Origin: Candidatus Omnitrophota bacterium
Lineage (GTDB): Bacteria > Omnitrophota > Gorgyraeia > Gygaellales > Profunditerraquicolaceae
Direction: 5' to 3'
NCBI GenBank assembly: GCA_041309005.1
Contig: JBFZAN010000053.1
Span: 34,252-98,251 of the forward strand
DNA: 64,000 bases
A model generated the notes under the pieces. That model saw only the letters and a program-made list of their open reading frames with translations. It was not told the origin of the DNA and ran no database searches. The translations under genes and the position numbers were made by a program. Below, one piece after another: positions 37,299 through 46,176 of this stretch (the stretch's first letter is position 1; every line of letters begins with the position of its first letter).

Positions 37299-38294
37299 AT
37301 GCTTATGGCGAAAACAGTCGGATTAACATACGATTTAAAGACGGATTACGAGTTTAAGGATAGCGATCCTCCTGACGCGAACGCGGAGTTTGATCATCCG
37401 GATACCGTTTCTCTTATTGCTTCAGCCATCGCATCAAGGGGCTTTAAGGTAAAAAGGATCGGTAATGTCTCAAGCCTCCTGGAGAATATCGCGGACCTCA
37501 AGGTAGACATCGTATTCAATATATCCGAAGGCGTCTCCGGCAGGAACCGCGAATCCCAGGTGCCTTTATTGCTGGAAATGGCGGGTATCCCTTTTGTGGG
37601 AGCGGATTCCCTGAGTCTCGGGATCTCTCTGGATAAGCTTATGGCAAAAAAGATCTTTATCGCTGAAAAAATCCCCACCCCCAGATTTATCGAAGTCAAG
37701 GATTCCGCCGCGCTTGACTCAGACCACCTTAAATTCCCCCTGATCGTAAAGCCGCGTTTTGAAGGTTCCTCCAAAGGCTTAAGCGAATCCTCGCGCGTGG
37801 AGAATGCCGAAGAGCTCAAGAAGCAGGTCGAATATATCATCTCTACCTATAAGCAGCCCGCGCTGATAGAAGAATTTATACGGGGGGAAGAGTTCACCGT
37901 CGCGCTTATCGGCAACGAGCCTCCTGAAGTGCTGCCGATAGTCCAGATAAAGATAGACGGAAGACTTAAGCTTAACGATAAGTTCTACACCTTCGGCCAC
38001 ATCAAGGACGATAAATTGGAATATGTGTGTCCCGCGAGGGTCTCTCAGGAGTTAAAGCTTGAAATCGGCGAGCTTGCCCGGCGGACTTTCGAAGCGATCG
38101 AATGCCGCGATTTCGGCAGGGTCGATTTCAGGGTCGATGAAAAAGGCAAGCCCTACGTGCTTGAGATAAACCCCCTGCCTTCCTTGTCGTCGGCAGACGT
38201 ATTTATGGTAGTGGCACATCAGCTAGGGCTTTCGTATGAAGATATCATCGGCAGGATATTGCAGGCTGCCCTTACCAGGTATAATTTGAATTGA
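37299..38294 (+). CDS. D-alanine--D-alanine ligase-family ATP-grasp enzyme (paralogue 1)
   Basis: Ddl-like N-domain (KTVGLTYDL...), central GRNRESQVPLLLEMAGIPFVGADSLSLGISLDKLMAKKIF, ATP-grasp C-domain (EEFIRGEEFTVALI, VDFRVDEKGKPYVLEINPLP). Confidence 0.7.
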   Translation: MLMAKTVGLTYDLKTDYEFKDSDPPDANAEFDHPDTVSLIASAIASRGFKVKRIGNVSSLLENIADLKVDIVFNISEGVSGRNRESQVPLLLEMAGIPFVGADSLSLGISLDKLMAKKIFIAEKIPTPRFIEVKDSAALDSDHLKFPLIVKPRFEGSSKGLSESSRVENAEELKKQVEYIISTYKQPALIEEFIRGEEFTVALIGNEPPEVLPIVQIKIDGRLKLNDKFYTFGHIKDDKLEYVCPARVSQELKLEIGELARRTFEAIECRDFGRVDFRVDEKGKPYVLEINPLPSLSSADVFMVVAHQLGLSYEDIIGRILQAALTRYNLN

Positions 38295-38302
38295 GCGCGA
38301 AT

Positions 38303-39310
38303 ATGAAAATCGCTTTGACGTGCAATCTTAAAAAAGAGGATGATTCAAAACCCCCGGATTATTTTTCAGAATTTGATTCCCAGGAGACCGTAAACGCCAT
38401 CACCTCGGCGCTGGAGACCAAGGGCCACAACGTCGATTTTATCGACGTGGAACAGCCTAACCTCTTTACCTTTTTCAAAAAAAATCGAGTCGATATGGTA
38501 TTCAATATCGCGGAAGGCAAAACCGGCAGGTACCGTGAGTCGGAAGTGCCCGCCATACTCGATTATTTGAATATCCCCTACACCGGCTCCAATACCCTTT
38601 CCTTAGCCGTCGCGTTAAATAAAGCGCTTACCAAAAAAATACTGAAAGCAGAAGGTATTCCCACTCCGGCCTTTCAGATCTTCAGCAAGGGCAACGAAAA
38701 GCTCGATGCGGCCCTGCGTTTTCCTCTTATCGTAAAGCCAAACTATGAAGGCTCCGCAAAGGGCATCAATAAAACCAATGTAGTGCATAGTCCGCGAGAG
38801 CTTTTTGACAAGGTCAGGGAGACCATTGATTTTTACAAGCAGGGGGTACTGGTCGAAGAATTTATCGAAGGCAGGGAATTGACGGTAGGGATATTGGAGA
38901 ATGGCAAAGCACAGGTGCTTCCCATCCTGGAGATAGATTTCTCCACCTGCTCCGGGAGCGGCGAGTATTTTTATTCCTGGCGCATGAAAGAATACCAGGG
39001 CAACGCCGAAATGGGACTGACCCCGACGTTTCACTGCCCTGCCAAGCTGGATGCGGAAACAGAGCGCAAGGTCAAAGAGGCGGCGTTAAAGACGCATAGC
39101 GCGATAGGCTGTCTGGATATTTCCCGCACCGATATACGCTTAAGCAGGGACAATATCCCGTATGTCCTTGAGATAAACCCTTTGCCGGGGCTGGACCCCA
39201 AAGAATCCAATTTTCCGATCATGGCGTACGCGGCGGGCATGACCTACGAAGATCTTATTGAGGGCATATTGTTAAATGCCTATAAAAGGAGGAGTCTGGA
39301 AGATGAATAA
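38303..39310 (+). CDS. D-alanine--D-alanine ligase-family ATP-grasp enzyme (paralogue 2)
   Basis: Same architecture as the upstream gene (MKIALTCNL..., SEVPAILDYLNIPYTGSNTLSLAVALNKALTKKIL, EEFIEGRELTVGIL, ISRTDIRLSRDNIPYVLEINPLPGL); ATG 38303 preferred over the in-frame TTG 38291. Confidence 0.7.
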   Translation: MKIALTCNLKKEDDSKPPDYFSEFDSQETVNAITSALETKGHNVDFIDVEQPNLFTFFKKNRVDMVFNIAEGKTGRYRESEVPAILDYLNIPYTGSNTLSLAVALNKALTKKILKAEGIPTPAFQIFSKGNEKLDAALRFPLIVKPNYEGSAKGINKTNVVHSPRELFDKVRETIDFYKQGVLVEEFIEGRELTVGILENGKAQVLPILEIDFSTCSGSGEYFYSWRMKEYQGNAEMGLTPTFHCPAKLDAETERKVKEAALKTHSAIGCLDISRTDIRLSRDNIPYVLEINPLPGLDPKESNFPIMAYAAGMTYEDLIEGILLNAYKRRSLEDE

Positions 39311-40487
39311 TGCGACAGCAACGGATACCCAGAAGTTGCTCGTAGAAAATACAGCCCCTGCGCGCTCAGGCAGGCGGGCGCCGGATTATCAGCAGATAAG
39401 CCTGTACAAAGACGTCAACCCCCTTGAATGGGAGGATTGGCACTGGCAGATGAAAAACCGCATCACTAAACTCGAACAGATCAGCCAGGTAGTTACGCTC
39501 ACCCCCGAAGAAGAAGAGGGCATAAAGAACGCCAAGGGGAGGATGGCGATGGCGATTACCCCCTATTGGGCGACGATGATTGACCCCGAAGATACAAAAT
39601 GCCCCATACGGCGCCAGGCGATTCCCACCAAATACGAATTTGAAATCGGCCCGTATGAGATGACCGACCCTTGCGCCGAAGACAGGGATTCTCCCGCCGC
39701 GCATTTGGTCCATCGTTATCCCGACAGGGTATTGCTGCTTGCGACCGAGCAGTGCGCGATGTATTGCAGGCACTGCACCAGGAGAAGGCTGGTCGGCAAA
39801 GAAGAGACTACGGAAAAAATACTGAATAAGCTCGATGCGGGGATAGAATATGTCAGGAGCAACAAAAAGGTGCGCGACGTGCTTATTTCCGGAGGAGACC
39901 CCCTTCTTCTTGAAGAAGAAGCCCTGGAGGAGCTGCTTAAGAAGATCCGCGCCATCCCCCATGTGGAGCTCTTGAGGATAGGTACGAGGGCCCCGGTGAC
40001 GTTACCGCAACGGATCACCCCGTCCCTGATCGCGATGCTTAAAGAATACGCGCCGATCTGGATAAGTATACATTTCAATCATCCGAAAGAGATCACCAGG
40101 CGGTGTAAGAGCGCCTGCGAAATGCTCGCCGATGCGGGATTTCCTTTGGGGAGCCAGACAGTGCTCCTGCAGGGGATCAACGACCGGCCTTACGTCATGC
40201 GTAAACTTATGCATGAACTCTTAAAAATCAGGGTCCGCCCCTATTATATCTACCAGTGTGACCCCGTAAAAGGGACCAGCCACTTCCGCACCCAGGTTTC
40301 AGTGGGTATAAACATCATGGAAAGGCTCAGGGGCCACACTTCAGGGTATGCGGTCCCGACATATGTGATTGATGGCCCGGGCGGAGGAGGAAAGATCCCG
40401 GTTGGGCCGAACTATATACTTTCCCTGGCAAAGGGAAAATATGTGCTGCGCAATTATAAAGGCAAGATCTACACCTACCTGGAGTAG
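39303..40487 (+). CDS. KamA-family radical SAM protein (lysine 2,3-aminomutase-like)
   Basis: CAMYCRHCTRRR (CxxxCxxC radical-SAM cluster), VLISGGDPLLL, PLP-binding Lys region ...YYIYQCDPVKGTSHFR typical of KamA/EpmB; AAGGAGG RBS before ATG 39303. Confidence 0.8.
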   Translation: MNNATATDTQKLLVENTAPARSGRRAPDYQQISLYKDVNPLEWEDWHWQMKNRITKLEQISQVVTLTPEEEEGIKNAKGRMAMAITPYWATMIDPEDTKCPIRRQAIPTKYEFEIGPYEMTDPCAEDRDSPAAHLVHRYPDRVLLLATEQCAMYCRHCTRRRLVGKEETTEKILNKLDAGIEYVRSNKKVRDVLISGGDPLLLEEEALEELLKKIRAIPHVELLRIGTRAPVTLPQRITPSLIAMLKEYAPIWISIHFNHPKEITRRCKSACEMLADAGFPLGSQTVLLQGINDRPYVMRKLMHELLKIRVRPYYIYQCDPVKGTSHFRTQVSVGINIMERLRGHTSGYAVPTYVIDGPGGGGKIPVGPNYILSLAKGKYVLRNYKGKIYTYLE

Positions 40488-40493
40488 ACGCGC

Positions 40494-41798
40494 GTGCATA
40501 AAAAAGGCCGCATAACGTTTTTTCTGGCGCTCGTCCTGCTTCTGCCGTTTCCCGCCTTCGCGCAACTGAACCCGGAAATCAGACAATATATTGTCAGCCG
40601 CTCGCTGGACATGCTGGAGTCCCAGCATAACCCTCTTGCCCAGGGCGCTTACAATACGTACTATCCCCCGCAGGGTCCAGACGAAGAACCTTACCAGCCT
40701 TCCAGGCCGCCGCGTGACCGGGACGAAGTGGCCGAAGAATACATCATCGAGCAGGAAAATAAGTCTTCCGATACGCTTTATAATTTTATTTTCGGTAACG
40801 GACTGGGGAAACTGTCGCTGGGATTCGAATTAGGCAGCATCAAGGGGGATACCAAATACCGCATCAGCTTCGACAATCCTTACGATATTGGCGGTCACGG
40901 AGAAAGCGAGCTTAAGTGGCCTATCGACACCACGCTGATCGGCCTTTCCGCCGCGCTCCACTACAAGCCGCAGGAAGACAATATGCTTACGCATGACAGG
41001 TTCCGCCTCAGCTTCAAATGGCTTACGAAGGCAGGCAAGAGCAGGGGCAATATGAAAGATTCCGACTGGATCGAGAACGACGTCGGATACATAGATTATA
41101 ACGATGATGGCGTCTTGAACGGCTCCAGCGCCTGGGCGACGAACCATGACGGCCTCGATATATATTCGGAATCGCCGGTAAAGCTGGACGAAGCAAACAT
41201 CTTCGATATCAACTACGTCTATAACCTCTGGGTAAGGGATACGTGGGCGCTGGGGCCCGTACTCGGCTATCACCACCAGAGTTTTAAGTTTTCAGCCTAC
41301 AGCGTGAACCAGGTAGGCTACGGCCCTTACGGCCCCGCCGGGCTTTTTGACCAGAGCTTTCAGGACACCCGCGGCCTTAAATGGGGAGAATATCAGGCGA
41401 GTTATCACGTGCCGTATCTGGGGCTGAACAGCGAGTTCAGCCTGAACGAAAAGCTCTCCTTTCTTATTAACCTGGGGTATTCTCCCTGGGTGAGGATCAA
41501 GGACAGGGATTCGCATCTGTACCCGACTATGGACGAAGCCTTAGGTTATAATGTCGATATGCTTTCTCCCGGCCGGAGCCACGGCAAGGCATTCCTCTTC
41601 GGCAGCGAAGGCAGCTGGAAGCTGGCCCAAGGGTGGTTACTGAATGTGGGCGCTAATTATATCTCCATCAACGCGAAAGGCGACCTCGTCCAGCAGCACT
41701 ATGCTGCCGGCGTCCTGACCGGGGAAAGCGAACCCGTTGATGAAAAAGTAAAATCCAGGTATTGGCTTATCAACGCAGCGCTGCAATACACATTCTAG
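40494..41798 (+). CDS. secreted protein, probable outer-membrane beta-barrel protein
   Basis: Signal peptide FFLALVLLLPFPAFAQ, Gly/Tyr/aromatic-rich alternating strands, C-terminal ...ALQYTF; 7 nt after KamA. Confidence 0.45.
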   Translation: MHKKGRITFFLALVLLLPFPAFAQLNPEIRQYIVSRSLDMLESQHNPLAQGAYNTYYPPQGPDEEPYQPSRPPRDRDEVAEEYIIEQENKSSDTLYNFIFGNGLGKLSLGFELGSIKGDTKYRISFDNPYDIGGHGESELKWPIDTTLIGLSAALHYKPQEDNMLTHDRFRLSFKWLTKAGKSRGNMKDSDWIENDVGYIDYNDDGVLNGSSAWATNHDGLDIYSESPVKLDEANIFDINYVYNLWVRDTWALGPVLGYHHQSFKFSAYSVNQVGYGPYGPAGLFDQSFQDTRGLKWGEYQASYHVPYLGLNSEFSLNEKLSFLINLGYSPWVRIKDRDSHLYPTMDEALGYNVDMLSPGRSHGKAFLFGSEGSWKLAQGWLLNVGANYISINAKGDLVQQHYAAGVLTGESEPVDEKVKSRYWLINAALQYTF

Positions 41799-41828
41799 CG
41801 TCATTCCCCCGCTTTCCTTAACTATTCC

Positions 41829-41857
41829 TTGACCAGCCAAACTTTGCGGTATATAAT
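41829..41857 (+). promoter_or_regulatory. sigma70-like promoter (-35 TTGACC, 17-nt spacer, -10 TATAAT)
   Basis: TTGACC 41829-41834, TATAAT 41852-41857; 61 nt upstream of the EF-G-like gene with GGAG RBS. Confidence 0.55.
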
Positions 41858-41918
41858 TTTTTATTACATGCTCGCCTTTTCTTGCTACGCCGCCTATCCT
41901 CTATAAAGGAGTATAGCC

Positions 41919-43874
41919 ATGGATGCGAACAATAAAAGGAACATTATTTTATTAGGCCACGCCCAGTCGGGAAAGACTTCCCTTGCGGAAAGCATGTTGT
42001 TTGTCTGCAAGGCCGTCGCAAGAAAGGGCTCGGTTACCGACGGAACAACGGCGAGCGATTATAGCTGGGACGAAATAGAAAGAAAAAGCTCCATAAATTC
42101 CGGGCTCCTTAACTGCGAATACAAGGATACGAAGGTCCAGATCATCGACGCGCCGGGATACGCGGATTTCTTCGGCGAGGTTATTTCCGGCTTACGAGCG
42201 GTAGACGCAGCAGTAATCGTGGTGGACGTAAGCGCCGGGATTGAGGTCGGGACAGAACGCTCCTGGCAGATAACGGAAGATTCTAACCTGCCCTGCATTA
42301 TTTTTATCAATAAAACGGACAAGGATGGCGCGGACGTCAATAAAGTATTGGCGGATATCCAGAGCGTATTTTCCAAAAGGGCGGTGATGATCGGCTCCTT
42401 AGAAGACCCTTCGCTCATAGAAGCGATCGCCGAAAGCGACGACAAGCTCCTGGAAAAATACCTGGAAGGCACACAGCTGTCTGCTGATGAGCTGAAAAAT
42501 GGTTTACATCAGGCAGTGGACAGGCGAAAGGTATTCCCCGTGGTGTGCGGCTCTTCCCTTACCGATAAAGGTATACCGGAATTATTGGAAGAGATCGTAA
42601 CCTATATGCCTTCACCGCTGGAGCGGGAAAAAATCGAGGTGACAAATCCCCTCAAGCCGGATGAGCGCAAAGAGATAGCCTTTCGCCAGGACGGCCCGTT
42701 TGCGGCATTTGTGTTCAAGACGATTTCAGACCCGTATGTCGGCCAGCTTACGCTATTACGCGTGTTCTCCGGCGCGCTGGCGGCGAACACGGGGTTTTTT
42801 AACGTCACCAAAAAAACCAGAGAGAGGATAGGCTCTATTTTTATGCTGCAGGGTAAGGAGCAGCGCTCGGTGGACGCCGCAGCATGCGGGGACATCGTGG
42901 CGATCGCGAAATTAAAAGAAACTGCCACTTCGGATTCGCTCGCGGATGAAAAAGAGCAGGTCCTGTTTGAGCCCATCGTGTTCCCGGAGCCGGCCATATC
43001 CGCATCGGTAAAGCCTAAATCGCGAGCCGACGAAGAGAAGATCTCCAGCGTCCTGGCGAAACTCGCCGATGAAGACCCCACCTTTAAAGCGCACCATGAC
43101 CCTCAGACAAAAGAGCTGATTATTTCGGGGCTCGGAGACTTGCATCTTACGGTGATGGTCGGCAGGATGAAAAAAAGGTTTAATGTCGATGTGGAATTGG
43201 GGACGCCAAAAGTTTCTTACAAGGAGACCATAACCAAAAGCGCCAAGGTCCAGGGTAAATTCAAGCGTCAGTCAGGCGGCCGCGGCCAGTACGGGGACGT
43301 CTGGATCCAGATCGAGCCTATGGAAAAAGGCGCAGGGTTTGAATTTGTGGACAAGATTTTCGGCGGCGCTATCCCCAAGAACTATATCCCTTCGGTAGAA
43401 AAGGGCGTTATCCAGGCAATGGCAGAAGGCGCGGTCGCAGGATATCCTATTGTGGACGTGCGGGTGATCCTCACGGACGGTTCGTATCACGAAGTCGATT
43501 CTTCCGATATGGCGTTCCAGAGAGCAGGTTCCATCGCGCTGCGAAAAGCGGTCACGGAAGCCGGCCCTGCATTGCTTGAGCCGATCATGGATGTCGAGGT
43601 GGCGATCCCTGAAGAATTCCTTGGCGCGATTTCGGGCGATATCAATTCCAGGCGCGGCCGAATTATGGGCATGGATGTAAAAGGGAAGTCGCAGGTGGTA
43701 AAAGCAACTGTCCCGCTGGCCGAAATGTTTACCTATGCCAACGACTTGCGCTCCCTTACCGGCGGCAGGGGCTCCTACGCAATGAAGTTTTCCCGCTACG
43801 AAGAGGCGCCCCACAAAATATCGTCCGTAATCATAAACCACTACCAGGCAACTAAGAAACACGAAGAAGAATAG
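41919..43874 (+). CDS. elongation factor G-family translational GTPase (EF-G paralogue)
   Basis: G1 GHAQSGKTSL, G3 DAPGYADF, G4 NKTDK, then EF-G domains II–V (GDLHLTVMVGRMKKRFNVDVELGTPKVSYKETI...; C-terminal ...RGRIMGMD...). At 651 aa it is shorter than canonical EF-G, and the G-motifs are divergent (canonical AHIDAGKTT / NKMD). Confidence 0.7.
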   Translation: MDANNKRNIILLGHAQSGKTSLAESMLFVCKAVARKGSVTDGTTASDYSWDEIERKSSINSGLLNCEYKDTKVQIIDAPGYADFFGEVISGLRAVDAAVIVVDVSAGIEVGTERSWQITEDSNLPCIIFINKTDKDGADVNKVLADIQSVFSKRAVMIGSLEDPSLIEAIAESDDKLLEKYLEGTQLSADELKNGLHQAVDRRKVFPVVCGSSLTDKGIPELLEEIVTYMPSPLEREKIEVTNPLKPDERKEIAFRQDGPFAAFVFKTISDPYVGQLTLLRVFSGALAANTGFFNVTKKTRERIGSIFMLQGKEQRSVDAAACGDIVAIAKLKETATSDSLADEKEQVLFEPIVFPEPAISASVKPKSRADEEKISSVLAKLADEDPTFKAHHDPQTKELIISGLGDLHLTVMVGRMKKRFNVDVELGTPKVSYKETITKSAKVQGKFKRQSGGRGQYGDVWIQIEPMEKGAGFEFVDKIFGGAIPKNYIPSVEKGVIQAMAEGAVAGYPIVDVRVILTDGSYHEVDSSDMAFQRAGSIALRKAVTEAGPALLEPIMDVEVAIPEEFLGAISGDINSRRGRIMGMDVKGKSQVVKATVPLAEMFTYANDLRSLTGGRGSYAMKFSRYEEAPHKISSVIINHYQATKKHEEE

Positions 43875-43887
43875 AAAGAGGTTTTAG

Positions 43888-44589
43888 ATGAAGATAAGCG
43901 TTTTTGCGATACCCGAATTACCCCCCGGCAAATATAATGTAAAAGACAGCCGGCTCGATGAAGTTGACAAGATCACAAAAGCCAAAAAGAAGACATACGT
44001 GCAGGTCGAGCTTGCGGGAGAAGAGGCCATGCTCGAAGCGGATGCGGTACTGACTTTATCCGGCTCTCTCCCCGACCTGGTATTAAAAGACCTGGAATTC
44101 GTTGAAACGCGCTTAAGCCGCGCTGAGCAGGAGCAGGAAAAGGCGATACTCGGTAAATTGAAGACGATCCTGGAAAAAGAAGAGCTTATTTTTAAGGCCG
44201 GCTTAAGCCAGGAAGAATTCCGCATGCTGGCCGGGTATTCACTTATTACCGCGAAACCCGTGGTGGCGGTCCAGAAACAGGAGCTGGAGGATATGCCCGC
44301 GATCCTGGCGAAGGCGCTCAGGGAAAGCGGCTATCTCAGTTTTTTTACTACCGGCGAAAAAGAAACACGCGCCTGGTTGATCAGGAAGGGCGCCACTGCC
44401 TGGGAGGCGGCGGGAGCGATACACTCCGATATCCAGCGGGGCTTTATCCGCGCGGAGATCATCAGCTTGAGCGACTTTATCCAGGCGGGCGGCGAGAACC
44501 AGGCGAAACAGGCGGGAAAATTGCGCCTTGAGCAAAAAGACTACGTGATGCAGGACGCCGACCTCGCTAACTTCCGTTTCAATAAATAA
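43888..44589 (+). CDS. YchF/Ola1-like protein lacking a functional P-loop G-domain (DUF933/TGS-like C-terminal region conserved)
   Basis: The C-terminus ETRAWLIRKGATAWEAAGAIHSDIQRGFIRAEIISLSDFIQAGGENQAKQAGKLRLEQKDYVMQDADLANFRFNK aligns to the YchF C-terminal domain. The N-terminus MKISVFAIPELPPGKYN occupies the place of the Walker A (GLPNVGKST) but lacks it. Only 233 aa against ~363 for YchF. Confidence 0.55.
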   Translation: MKISVFAIPELPPGKYNVKDSRLDEVDKITKAKKKTYVQVELAGEEAMLEADAVLTLSGSLPDLVLKDLEFVETRLSRAEQEQEKAILGKLKTILEKEELIFKAGLSQEEFRMLAGYSLITAKPVVAVQKQELEDMPAILAKALRESGYLSFFTTGEKETRAWLIRKGATAWEAAGAIHSDIQRGFIRAEIISLSDFIQAGGENQAKQAGKLRLEQKDYVMQDADLANFRFNK

Positions 44590-44607
44590 TCTCGAAAACA
44601 TAGGCGT

Positions 44608-46161
44608 ATGATTGAAATCAGGCGTGCGTTGATAAGCGTATCCGATAAGACCGGCATTCTTGATTTAGCGAAAGCGCTGAATCAGTCCGGTGCCGAGATC
44701 ATTTCAACCGGCGGCACGGCAAAGCTGCTTCGCGAACACAATATCCCGGTAAAGGACGTTTCGGCATACACAGGTTTTCCTGAAATACTCGACGGAAGGG
44801 TCAAGACCCTGCATCCGAAAATACACGCGGGGCTCCTGGCGCTGCGCGGGAACCCCGCGCACATGCGCACGCTCAAGGAGCTGGGCATCGGGTTGATCGA
44901 CATGGCGGTGATAAACCTCTATCCTTTTGAGCGGACCGTCGCCAAAACAGGGGTAACCAGAGAAGAGGCGATTGAACATATCGATATCGGCGGGCCTTCA
45001 ATGCTGCGTTCAGCGGCGAAGAATCATCAGTCTGTAGCCGTAGTTTCAGATCCCCGCCAGTACGCACAGATAATCAGGGAATTGCAGGAGCACGCAGGCA
45101 AGATCAGCGAGGATACGGCGAAACGCCTTGCCGCGGAAGTATTCAGGGCGACTTCCGGTTATGACAGCTCGATCTACGAGTATTTTTCTAAAGAAAATGG
45201 GGCTGAGGGCGCTTTTCCCCGGGAATTACGCCTGGCGTTCACGAAATTAAAGGATTTGCGGTATGGGGAGAACCCTCATCAAAAAGCAGCTCTTTACAGG
45301 GCGCAGGGTGAGGCCTCGGGGGAAGGGATTGCCGATGCGCGGCAATTGCAGGGCAAGGAACTCTCTTTCAACAATTTTCTCGACCTGCACAGTGTCTGGG
45401 AATTGCTGAAAGAGTTTGACAATCCCGCTGCCGTGATCGTGAAGCATAATAATCCTTGCGGCGCTGCAGAAGCGAAGAATATCGGCAAGGCTTACCGGGA
45501 TGCGTTCAACTGCGATCCGCTTTCCGCGTTCGGAGGCATCGTGGGGCTTAATCGTCCCGTTGACGCGATAACGGCGAAGAGCATTACGAAAAGCGGCTTC
45601 CTGGAATGCGTCATCGCCCCTGCCTTTAGCAAAGAGGCCTTAAGCTTTTTTTCGCAGAAGAAGAATCTGCGCGTCCTGGAGCTGAAAGACCTCAGGCGCC
45701 GTAAGGAATACGATTTTAAAAAAATGAGCGGCGGCCTCCTGTTGCAGGATAGCGACTCAAGCTTGCTGAATAAGGGCAGCCTTATCGTCGCTACGCGAAA
45801 GAAGCCGACAAAAACGCAGCTGGCTTCTCTCTTGTTTGCCTGGAAGGTGGCAAAGCACGTCAAATCCAATGCCATTATCATCGCGAAAGCCACAAAGACC
45901 GTGGGGATCGGGGCCGGCCAGATGTCAAGGGTCGATTCCGTCCTCATCGCCGGGAAAAAGGCAGCCGGGCGCGGACGTAATACATGTCTTGCTTCTGACG
46001 GGTTCTTCCCAAAACCTGATGCTATCATAGCAGCGGCAAAAATGGGCGTTAAGGCCGTAATCCAGCCCGGCGGTTCTATCGCTGACCGGGAAGTTATCAA
46101 GGCGTGCGATACGCACCGCATTGCCATGGTGCTGACCGGAATAAGGCACTTCAAACACTAA
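44608..46161 (+). CDS. purH: bifunctional AICAR transformylase / IMP cyclohydrolase
   Basis: MGS-like N-domain ALISVSDKTGI...ISTGGTAK and the AICARFT C-domain; 517 aa. Confidence 0.9.
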   Translation: MIEIRRALISVSDKTGILDLAKALNQSGAEIISTGGTAKLLREHNIPVKDVSAYTGFPEILDGRVKTLHPKIHAGLLALRGNPAHMRTLKELGIGLIDMAVINLYPFERTVAKTGVTREEAIEHIDIGGPSMLRSAAKNHQSVAVVSDPRQYAQIIRELQEHAGKISEDTAKRLAAEVFRATSGYDSSIYEYFSKENGAEGAFPRELRLAFTKLKDLRYGENPHQKAALYRAQGEASGEGIADARQLQGKELSFNNFLDLHSVWELLKEFDNPAAVIVKHNNPCGAAEAKNIGKAYRDAFNCDPLSAFGGIVGLNRPVDAITAKSITKSGFLECVIAPAFSKEALSFFSQKKNLRVLELKDLRRRKEYDFKKMSGGLLLQDSDSSLLNKGSLIVATRKKPTKTQLASLLFAWKVAKHVKSNAIIIAKATKTVGIGAGQMSRVDSVLIAGKKAAGRGRNTCLASDGFFPKPDAIIAAAKMGVKAVIQPGGSIADREVIKACDTHRIAMVLTGIRHFKH

Positions 46162-46176
46162 GTATCCCGCCTGAAG

